Shown piece after piece: positions 27,277 to 34,533 of a DNA stretch of 53,260 nucleotides (positions are counted from its first letter, which is position 1; every line of letters starts with the position of its first letter). The stretch spans positions 1 to 53,260 of IMG/VR virus record IMGVR_UViG_3300031983_000023. One strand, written 5' to 3'. The notes below the pieces were generated by a model. The model did not search any database, was not told the DNA's origin, and was given only the letters and a program-made list of their open reading frames with translations. Both the position numbers and the translations under genes were made by a program. The stretch is from a virus. Lineage: Duplodnaviria > Caudoviricetes.

Positions 27277-28007
27277 ACCTCCGCTCCCACCGGCTGGGCT
27301 TCTCTCCGGCCGTGGCCCGCTCCCGTGGTCTGGGCTTCTCACTCGCCGGTGGCCCGCTCACCCACACTGGGTTTCTCCACTACCCTGGCCCGCTCTGCTC
27401 AAGTGGACTTCTCCGTCGCGGTGGCACGCTCTCTCGACCTGGGTTTCTCGGGGAAGATGGCCCGCTCCGGTGGTGTGGGTTTCTCCCAGGACATGGCCCG
27501 CTCGGTCCGGGTGGATTTCTCTGGAGAGGTGGCCCGCTCCATCCGCATGGGCTTCTCGCCTACAGTGGCCCGCTTCCCGTCCGTGGGTTTCTCGCTCTTT
27601 TTGGCTCGCTCTATCACAATGGATTTCTCATGGTGCCTGGCCCGCTCATCGAGCCTGGATTTCTCCCGGGCGATGGCCCGCTCTTGCAAGCTGGGTTTCT
27701 CCTCTGCCTTGGCCCGCTCTCCAGCCGTGGGCTTCTTGGACTTCCTGGCCCGCTCGCTCCTGGTGGGCTTCTCCCTGTTCTTGGCCCGCTCTGAGCATTT
27801 GGGTTTCTCGTTGGTCATGGCCCGCTCGACCGGCCTGGGTTTCTCGCGGTTCGTGGCTCGCTCCCCCCGTTTGGGTTTCTTAAGTTCGATGGCCCGCTCC
27901 AGTCGTCTGGGTTTCTCCACGATCGTGGCCCGCTCCCCCTCAATGATTTTCTCTTGGAAAGTGGCTCGCTCCCCGCCTGTGGGTTTCTTGCCGGAGGTGG
28001 CTCTTCC
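27277..28007 (-). ncRNA. TIGR-type dual-repeat guide-RNA array (20 units of 36 nt)
   Basis: Minus-strand units GAGCGGGCCA-N8-GAGAAACCCA-N8 with a strict 36-nt period (one 37-nt unit) and 40 different spacers, directly downstream of a Nop-domain gene. Confidence 0.9.
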
Positions 28008-28824
28008 TCCACTCGCTATGTTTGTGCCCCAGATACTCCTCGTCGTAGAGGGGCCGTATGGGCAAGCCCTCCAGTGCCCGCCATATGACGTACAGGTCCT
28101 TGATGAACATTTTCACCATGTAGCGCCTGGCCGCGTTGTGCTGGTGTCCCGCCTTTGGCCGCTTCGGATCAGTCGGGTTCTTGCTCTCCTCGCCCCAATC
28201 CTCCGACTCAAGACGGTGCTTCACGTTGTCATAGTAAACTCTATACGGGCTGCCATGCACGAGAAACTGCTTGCCGAGCACGCCCAGCAGCTTGGATTTC
28301 AGGAAGGCGTTGTATGGGCGCACAAAGCCCTTCGTTTTTTTGTCGCCGCGGATCAGGGTATCGGTCGCGACCAGTACCCTTTTCCCCTTTATCTTTTTCC
28401 AGACCTTCCCGCGCACAAGGCCTGGATTCATACCGGCGAACTGCCAGCCTTTGGAGACGTTCTCGAACTTGTGTATGTCGAACTCTGTAACGATCACGGC
28501 AGCCAGCATCTCGCCGACTCCCTTCACGTCCCTAAGATAGCTAATCCAGAGCGGGTGCTTGTGGATTAGAGGGACGATCGCCTTTATCATGGCGAGCTCA
28601 AATTTCAGTTTATCGTCCCTCCGCTCCATGAGTACCATGAGCAAAGCGGCGTCGCGGTCCGGCCTCCCCTTTTTGGCCTCTCCATTTTTCGTCAAGCCAA
28701 GTCGGCCGTCCAAGGCTATACGCTCGTCTTGAGCGTCATAATAAGCCCGCGTGAAGATGCGGATCGACTCCATCATCTCCGGGGTAAACCTTTCATCCGG
28801 GTCCGGACAACATACCGTTTTCAT
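27940..28824 (-). CDS. tasA: Nop-domain / IS110-C-terminal-like protein (TasA-type, no nuclease domain)
   Basis: Coiled coil, then HPLWISYLRDVKGVGEMLAAVIVTEFDIHKFENVSKGWQFAGM, YNAFLKSKL, PYRVYYD, HQHNAARRYMVKMF..DLY. No RuvC (DEDD) or HNH N-terminus. Confidence 0.85.
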   Translation of the reverse strand: MKTVCCPDPDERFTPEMMESIRIFTRAYYDAQDERIALDGRLGLTKNGEAKKGRPDRDAALLMVLMERRDDKLKFELAMIKAIVPLIHKHPLWISYLRDVKGVGEMLAAVIVTEFDIHKFENVSKGWQFAGMNPGLVRGKVWKKIKGKRVLVATDTLIRGDKKTKGFVRPYNAFLKSKLLGVLGKQFLVHGSPYRVYYDNVKHRLESEDWGEESKNPTDPKRPKAGHQHNAARRYMVKMFIKDLYVIWRALEGLPIRPLYDEEYLGHKHSEWRKSHLRQETHRRGASHFPRENH

Positions 28825-29531
28825 GCCGATACCCCCACTTTCTTGAGAATGTCGGCAATCAGAGCGTAGACCTCCTGGAGGAGCTTGATCGTTTGGTCAT
28901 CGTACTCGATGGCTCCCTGGGCCTTCGCCGCGTTGATGAATCCTCTGAGAAGCATCGTCGGCGCATTCCACCCCCCTGCTGTTCTTGCAAAATGTTCCTG
29001 GTCGCTGTCGGCTTTTTTGCCATCAAGATGCTTGGCAAGCGGAGCAACAGCGGCAGATACCGCTATCCTCGTCCCGTTCTGGGTGACGATGGATCTCCCC
29101 TCCACCAGTTTCCGGACACGCTCCACGTCCATGTCCAGGGCCTTGGCGATTATAGGCCAGGGCACGCGGTCCCTCCGCATGCCGAGGGCAAAATGCACCT
29201 TGTCCTTCGGGGTGAGCTGCAGCGCCCCCGAGTTTGCGGAATGCGCCGCGTCAATCCGCATCGCGACCTCGTTCGCATACTCCCGAAGGATAACCACGGT
29301 TTCGGCCTTGTCGCCCTGCACTCTGAGCAGCGCTTTCGCCCTGTGGAAACCGTCAATGATCCGCAGACTTTTCGAGTCCACTACAATCGGGGTGTTGAAA
29401 CTACGCCCCGACAGCAGGATTTCCTCCAGCTTGTGAACGTTGGTTGAATCTAGCTTTCCGGCTTCGTGCCTCGGCCAGATTCTCCAGTCCTGGACCAGTT
29501 CCAGAACTTTGACCTTTTTTTTTGTGTCCAT
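28821..29531 (-). CDS. ParB/Srx-like domain protein coupled to TasA
   Basis: Start MDTKKK with GGAGGTG RBS; PIVVD...IIDGFHRAKA ParB-N motif; stop overlaps the tasA start (ATGA). Confidence 0.85.
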   Translation of the reverse strand: MDTKKKVKVLELVQDWRIWPRHEAGKLDSTNVHKLEEILLSGRSFNTPIVVDSKSLRIIDGFHRAKALLRVQGDKAETVVILREYANEVAMRIDAAHSANSGALQLTPKDKVHFALGMRRDRVPWPIIAKALDMDVERVRKLVEGRSIVTQNGTRIAVSAAVAPLAKHLDGKKADSDQEHFARTAGGWNAPTMLLRGFINAAKAQGAIEYDDQTIKLLQEVYALIADILKKVGVSA

Positions 29532-29617
29532 TAGACACCTCCATACGGAACAATTTTTGTATCTCCCACACGGGAGACCCCTTACCGGCCAACGGCCGGT
29601 GGTTTTAAACCTTTTCA

Positions 29618-29646
29618 AATATATCTCTGTTCTATTACGTAGGCAA
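29618..29646 (-). promoter_or_regulatory. Promoter of the ParB-TasA-array cassette
   Basis: TTGCCT-N17-TATATT in an AT-rich gap; two hairpins in the leader. Confidence 0.6.
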
Positions 29647-29648
29647 CG

Positions 29649-30215
29649 CTATGGTTTTTGCAGCACCCCCAATCGCCTGGCTGCACGGAACAGCTCCCAG
29701 ATGCTTTCCGGTTCCTGGATCCCCGTCCGGAAGTGCATCCTTCCGCAGGCCCGGCAAAAGACCAGCAGGCAGTAGAAGCATCTGTAGGCTCTTCGCAGCG
29801 GGATCCTCCGCTTGCACTCCGCGCAGTCCACCTCCCCCGGACACTCGAGCAGTTCCCTCTCCTGGTCCGCTATCGTCCTGAGCAGGCTGTCCCTCTCAGC
29901 CGGGGTCTTTGGTATGCGGTGGATATTCACGCGTACCCCAGGTAGCCGTCGTAGAGGCAAAAGATTTCCCTGGACGAGCTGGGAGTCTCCCCCTGCCTCC
30001 ACAGCGGGGGGGGCGACGGTCTTTGTCTTTCGCCTGATGTAGCCCAGCTCCTCGAGGGTCTTGAGGCAGTTGGCCACGGTCGCCCTTGAAACGCTGGTCT
30101 TTTCGGCGATGTAGAAGCTCGTCGCCCTGGTTTTCATGGGCTTCAGATCCCTCACGGCCGAGTACAGAAAATTATACACTTTCCGGTCGTTCAGGCTCAG
30201 CTCTTCTTTTCCCAT
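29649..30215 (-). CDS. Winged-HTH protein with C-terminal Cys-rich Zn finger
   Basis: IAEKTSVSRATVANCLKTLEELGYI; CAEC..CFYC..CRAC. Confidence 0.65.
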   Translation of the reverse strand: MGKEELSLNDRKVYNFLYSAVRDLKPMKTRATSFYIAEKTSVSRATVANCLKTLEELGYIRRKTKTVAPPAVEAGGDSQLVQGNLLPLRRLPGVRVNIHRIPKTPAERDSLLRTIADQERELLECPGEVDCAECKRRIPLRRAYRCFYCLLVFCRACGRMHFRTGIQEPESIWELFRAARRLGVLQKP

Positions 30216-30472
30216 TACCAGTGCCTCGCGATCCCGTAGTGCTTCGCCCTGCACCTCTCGCTCCCGCAAAGTGCCGCGCCGCAGACTTTGACGGAGTAGC
30301 CGGCGAGGCCTCTGCGCCGCATCGACTCCCAGACGCACTCCCGCGTCGCCTGCCGCTCGCAGATCCGGCACAGTACCCCGTAGTGCTCCTTGCAGAACTT
30401 CTGGCCCTTCTCCACGGGAGCCCCGCACCTGCCGGCATATACCCGATCGTAGCCGCAAGTCCTCTTTTTCAT
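30215..30472 (-). CDS. Small Cys-rich hypothetical protein
   Basis: 85 aa with multiple Cys/His; coupled to neighbours. Confidence 0.55.
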   Translation of the reverse strand: MKKRTCGYDRVYAGRCGAPVEKGQKFCKEHYGVLCRICERQATRECVWESMRRRGLAGYSVKVCGAALCGSERCRAKHYGIARHW

Positions 30473-30834
30473 GGCGGGTCCTTCCCCAGCTCATGGTATG
30501 CCATCGTCCAGTCCATAAAGCCCCTCTGCCTGCAGACCGCATTCAGCCACTTGGTGATCGCCTCCTGGCTCCCCCCGGGCCACGGATCGGAGCACATGTA
30601 CCAGTCCAGCAGCGCCCGCAGCGGCACCTCTTCCACCGCCTTGTCGGTCGCGCTTTTCTTCCTGCCCTTCTTGAACCTTTCCGTGTTCGTGCAGTTCCCC
30701 CAGTGCGGGGTCCCGTCCGCCTCCACGGGCATCTGCTTTCCGGCCGCCGTCCTCACGAAGTATAGCATCTTCCCGCAGGCCTCGCAGGGCCTTCCGGGCT
30801 TGCCCACCGGCACGCTGTATTTTGTTTCGTTCAT
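30469..30834 (-). CDS. Hypothetical protein (Zn-ribbon)
   Basis: CEACG...GKQMPV...HWGNC, a common phage motif. Confidence 0.6.
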   Translation of the reverse strand: MNETKYSVPVGKPGRPCEACGKMLYFVRTAAGKQMPVEADGTPHWGNCTNTERFKKGRKKSATDKAVEEVPLRALLDWYMCSDPWPGGSQEAITKWLNAVCRQRGFMDWTMAYHELGKDPP

Positions 30835-30835
30835 T

Positions 30836-31171
30836 CTATCTGTCCCGGTCGGTGTATCGGGTCGTGCCGCCCGACCCGGTGTAGTTCGTGGTGAACATGT
30901 TGCACCCGCAGCGGAAGCACTCGGCGGTCCTGTCCCCCAGGTACTGGCCGCAGTCGCAGCAGAACCAGCCGGGCTTTCTGAACGCGAAAATCAGCAGGCC
31001 GATGTCGAGGGCCAGGAAGAAGAATCCGGCCACCCTCGCGTCGCCCGTTACGGGCGAGGGGAGCCTGGTGCCGGGAATGGCCCCGACCAGGCACAGCACG
31101 TAGGGCAGCGTCAGCAGGATGATGACCGCCGCCACTATCAGTCTGACTTTTCCTACAGTGTAGTACCTCAT
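30836..31171 (-). CDS. Membrane protein with C-terminal Zn ribbon
   Basis: Two hydrophobic segments plus CDC..CFRC. Confidence 0.6.
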   Translation of the reverse strand: MRYYTVGKVRLIVAAVIILLTLPYVLCLVGAIPGTRLPSPVTGDARVAGFFFLALDIGLLIFAFRKPGWFCCDCGQYLGDRTAECFRCGCNMFTTNYTGSGGTTRYTDRDR

Positions 31172-31174
31172 TTC

Positions 31175-31663
31175 CTATTCCTCCTCTCTCAAAGCTTTGT
31201 GTGTCGTCGTAGACCGCTCGATCACCTCATCATAGTCAAGCATCACTGCCGGCCTGGTATATTCCGGATTCCCGTCAACTGTCCTGCCCGACTGCGGCTC
31301 CCAGAAATGCCCATCGACATAGACCCAGGCATGCAGTCCTCCGTAGCACATCCCAACACACATCTTTCCCTTGATCCCTACGTCCCGACAGATTAAATAC
31401 ATGACCAGAATGCAGTAGTCCTCGCAATCGCCCGAACGCCACACGTACGTTTGCGCCGGCGACTGCCAATACTCATCTGCCGGATAGTGGATGCTATCGG
31501 ATACGTAGCGGATCTCCTGAGATACCCAGGTCATGGCATCCTGGATCGTCTGAATCCCAAGATTCGGGATCTCCTCAAAATCCCAGATAGGCTCTATCTT
31601 GCATCCGTTCAAACACGTCACCATGAAAATAATTGCCCACAGACTTACTCTGTTATAATTCAT
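31175..31663 (-). CDS. Transglutaminase-like Cys peptidase (BTLCP-like) lipoprotein
   Basis: Signal peptide ending LNG-C; YWQSPAQT..GDCEDYC, HAWV and WEPQ motifs. Confidence 0.8.
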   Translation of the reverse strand: MNYNRVSLWAIIFMVTCLNGCKIEPIWDFEEIPNLGIQTIQDAMTWVSQEIRYVSDSIHYPADEYWQSPAQTYVWRSGDCEDYCILVMYLICRDVGIKGKMCVGMCYGGLHAWVYVDGHFWEPQSGRTVDGNPEYTRPAVMLDYDEVIERSTTTHKALREEE

Positions 31664-32238
31664 TTGCTTTTCTCTCCTCTCGTAATTTTTTTGATGCTTT
31701 TGTCCAGCCTGTCGCAGTACGCCTCCGCGAGGCTCAGGCTGTTGCCCATCACGTCGTAGGCCAGGCGCTTCGCCTCCTCTATGGTTTCCGCTACGGCTTC
31801 TCGGGTTCGGGCCTTGGCCTTCTCGCAGTCCCGCTGCACGTCGAGCAGCTGGCTGCCGATGGCCTCTATTTCTATCCGCAGCAGCTCCGCCTCGACCCCG
31901 GCTTTTTTCAACGCCTTCCTCGCGTCCAGGTACGCCGGGATCCAGGGCCTTTCGTCGTCGGGGTGAGCGGGACGGCCCACCTCGCCGAGCCATCTCATCC
32001 TTTCCCAGAGTCGCTCGATCTCCGCCTTCGCTTTCTCGGTGGGAAACTGTCCGGGCTCCGCCTCCCAGTAGAGTACGCTGCCCAGGTCTTTTGCCACCTT
32101 GTCGCAGCACGCCGGGCAGAGAAATCCTGCCGGTGACATCATGTGCAGGTTTTGCCACACCTGGTCGGAAACCTGATACACGGTTGAGTAGCCTTTCCCG
32201 CATCGGTCGCACTTCTCTCCGTCGTGTTTCTCGCTCAT
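31660..32238 (-). CDS. Hypothetical protein (Zn finger + coiled coil)
   Basis: 192 aa, GAGGAGAGG RBS. Confidence 0.55.
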   Translation of the reverse strand: MSEKHDGEKCDRCGKGYSTVYQVSDQVWQNLHMMSPAGFLCPACCDKVAKDLGSVLYWEAEPGQFPTEKAKAEIERLWERMRWLGEVGRPAHPDDERPWIPAYLDARKALKKAGVEAELLRIEIEAIGSQLLDVQRDCEKAKARTREAVAETIEEAKRLAYDVMGNSLSLAEAYCDRLDKSIKKITRGEKSK

Positions 32239-32258
32239 TAGCCTCTCCTCTCGAACGC

Positions 32259-32498
32259 TCAGCGGCCGTCCGTCAGCCTGCCGTAGTCGTCCATGATTTT
32301 TTGCTTGGCAAGCGCCTCGCCCACGGCGTCAACAATCATCTGCTTTAGGCTGGACGCCTCGACATCGATCCGCCCCCCGGTTTCTTTGTCGAACACCCGC
32401 ACGTGATCCACCGCCGGATTGGACAGGGCCTTCTCTAATACACCCAGGTCAAAATCCTGCACCTCGCCCCTTTCCCCGCTTTTATACACTTCCTGCAT
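32259..32498 (-). CDS. Hypothetical protein
   Basis: 79 aa, coupled to the upstream gene. Confidence 0.5.
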   Translation of the reverse strand: MQEVYKSGERGEVQDFDLGVLEKALSNPAVDHVRVFDKETGGRIDVEASSLKQMIVDAVGEALAKQKIMDDYGRLTDGR

Positions 32499-33096
32499 TC
32501 GCTTCTCCTTCCTCTCTTCTTGTCTCTTTCAGCAGCCACGCCACGGCGTCGCTGTTGGTCCTCAAGCCCTCGCGCATCCTCACCGCCTCGATGCGCTCCT
32601 TTGCCGTCCTGGACACGGCCAGGGACACGCTGTCCCCGCCCTCCCCGGATCTCGAGGCCAGGGCCTCCCAGTCGAACCCCACCATTTCCCTGAAATGCGC
32701 CAGCTCGGCATCGGTATACGGCATGGTCTCCGCCAGGTCCCCCAGGTCGAACTCCTGCAGCATGGCCTCCACCGTCTCCGACAGGGACAGGTAGTCGGTC
32801 GGGAAGTTCGTCTCGTTCGTCTCCACGGCCAGGCGCTTTGCGGCCGCGTTGGAAATCGGCCCGGTGTCGAAGCACAGGGCCTCTTTCACCCCCAGGGCCT
32901 CCAGGGCATCCAGGCGGTGGTTGCCGTTGATCACTTCCCAGCGGCAGCACCCGCTCGACGGGCGGACGATCAGGTTGATCAGCTGGCCGTTTCTCCTCAT
33001 GTTGGCCTCCAGGGCAGCCTGCATTTCCGGATCGTCCCTCTTGTAGTTCCACGGGGCTTTGTCCAGCACGTGCACCTCCAAGGTCCTCCAGCCCAT
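32482..33096 (-). CDS. ParB/Srx-like protein (paralogue B)
   Basis: WNYK...NGQLINLIVR...EVINGNHRL. Confidence 0.8.
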   Translation of the reverse strand: MGWRTLEVHVLDKAPWNYKRDDPEMQAALEANMRRNGQLINLIVRPSSGCCRWEVINGNHRLDALEALGVKEALCFDTGPISNAAAKRLAVETNETNFPTDYLSLSETVEAMLQEFDLGDLAETMPYTDAELAHFREMVGFDWEALASRSGEGGDSVSLAVSRTAKERIEAVRMREGLRTNSDAVAWLLKETRREEGEANAGSV

Positions 33097-33127
33097 CACT
33101 CGCCCCCACGGCCGTGCCAAAATGCGG

Positions 33128-33952
33128 TCACCATCCAGCCTCTTGTAATTGCCGAGCCGCAATTATATATGGCCCGCCCCAATCTCTTCTAAGTTGTCGC
33201 CATTCCGGAGACGTTGTACCGGTTCTGTTTCTCCAGAGCATCGCCATGGGCATGAATCCAAGATTCAGTGTTTTCTGAAGTCGGATTGCTGCACCCTCCA
33301 GTGTGTCTTTTGGATATCCGATCAAAACAAAACAGCGAAGAGCATGCGAGGCAACCGTAAACCCAGCTTCAAACAGCATTTCTCCCGCCCGAACCAAAGG
33401 TTTATAATCATCGGGCGCGTCGTAGGCGAAAAATATTTGCTTTGGTTTTAATCCGCGCAAGAGCTCAGCGTGCCAATCTTTCAACCTGGCAGCTTCCAGG
33501 CCCCCAGTAAATTGAGCCTGCTCTGGCTGTCTTCTGAGCATTTGAAACACAGCTTTAACGTGCTCGTCCGAACATGCCAGCAGATTGTCATCGAGCACAT
33601 TCCAACCATCCCGGATCGGCAGCTCCCGCACATTTCCCTCCCGCCGCCAGACAGAACAAAACCAGCAGCGATTTGGGCATCCTCGAGAAGTGATTACATA
33701 TCCCTGCTTTAAATACATTCCTGGCTCAAAATCACCGCTGGCCATGCCGGTTGCAGGTCCTCCGATTTTCACTGGCGCTATTTTCTTCCAAGCCTGGGCT
33801 AGTCTCTCCGCCAGCGGGAGATCCCAGGTAAAAGCTACCGAAATATGCACTTCGTCGATATCATCAGGCACAAACAAATCCGGCTCGCCTATAAAAGAAT
33901 ATGCATCGATGGGCGTCGCCCTGGTTCGGCGTGGGAATACTCGAATTATCAC
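33128..33952 (-). CDS. Radical SAM protein
   Basis: TSRGCPNRCWFC (CxxxCxxC) and LDDNLLA motifs; visibly lower GC than flanks. Confidence 0.85.
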   Translation of the reverse strand: MIIRVFPRRTRATPIDAYSFIGEPDLFVPDDIDEVHISVAFTWDLPLAERLAQAWKKIAPVKIGGPATGMASGDFEPGMYLKQGYVITSRGCPNRCWFCSVWRREGNVRELPIRDGWNVLDDNLLACSDEHVKAVFQMLRRQPEQAQFTGGLEAARLKDWHAELLRGLKPKQIFFAYDAPDDYKPLVRAGEMLFEAGFTVASHALRCFVLIGYPKDTLEGAAIRLQKTLNLGFMPMAMLWRNRTGTTSPEWRQLRRDWGGPYIIAARQLQEAGW

Positions 33953-34533
33953 CGTTCCCCCGCCAGGAGCTCCAGGGCGCCGGACGCCTTCCGCAGGTTC
34001 CGCTCCAGCGCAAACTCGACCAGCTCCTCGTACACCTCCCTGGTCACGCTGACGGAAGTCGCAAGGCTCTCCCCCCAGGCGTCCCCGAACTGCGTCCAGT
34101 CGAACTCGAGCAGCGAGGCGTAGTCCCCGATCTCCTCCACGGTGAAGGGCATCGTCCCGGACAGGTCCTCCGTCCCGAACTCGCCGGCGGCCTCGGCCAC
34201 CACCTCCGCGAGCCGGACCTGGTCCGGCCGGAACCGGGTCTCGTTGGTTTCCACGGACACCCTCATGGCCTCCTCATCGCTCACCTTCCCGAGGTTCACG
34301 CAAACGGCAATCTCCATTCCGGCGGCTGCCATGGCGGGGAGCCGGTGGTTTCCGTTCACCGCCTCGTAGCGGTCCCCCGGCTTCTCCCTGACTATCAGAT
34401 TTTCGACCTGACCATTTCTCCGGAGATTCCGCTCGAGCTGGCCCTGCAGGAATAGGTCCTCCTTGCGATAGTTCCATGACGCCATGTCGATCGACACCAG
34501 CGGGATCTCCGTCAATCTCACGATATTTCTCAT
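33949..34533 (-). CDS. ParB/Srx-like protein (paralogue A)
   Basis: WNYR...NGQVENLIVR...EAVNGNHRL. Confidence 0.8.
   Translation of the reverse strand: MRNIVRLTEIPLVSIDMASWNYRKEDLFLQGQLERNLRRNGQVENLIVREKPGDRYEAVNGNHRLPAMAAAGMEIAVCVNLGKVSDEEAMRVSVETNETRFRPDQVRLAEVVAEAAGEFGTEDLSGTMPFTVEEIGDYASLLEFDWTQFGDAWGESLATSVSVTREVYEELVEFALERNLRKASGALELLAGER

Noticed and set aside
27399-27920. EKPxxxERA repeat protein (and the 441-aa plus-strand ORF 27244-28569)
   Set aside because: Likely a by-product of the 36-nt period: no clear RBS, the ORF covers only part of the array, and a 1-nt insertion breaks the phase. Caveat: some repeat variation (AAA/AAG, CGG/CGA) is synonymous in this frame, so translation is not strictly excluded.
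27277-28007. CRISPR array
   Set aside because: Repeats are 10 nt and of two alternating types, spacers are only 8-9 nt, and there is no cas operon. The layout fits TIGR instead.
27940-28824. IS110 transposase / insertion sequence
   Set aside because: Lacks the N-terminal DEDD RuvC domain; only the Nop-like part is present, and it is followed by a guide array.
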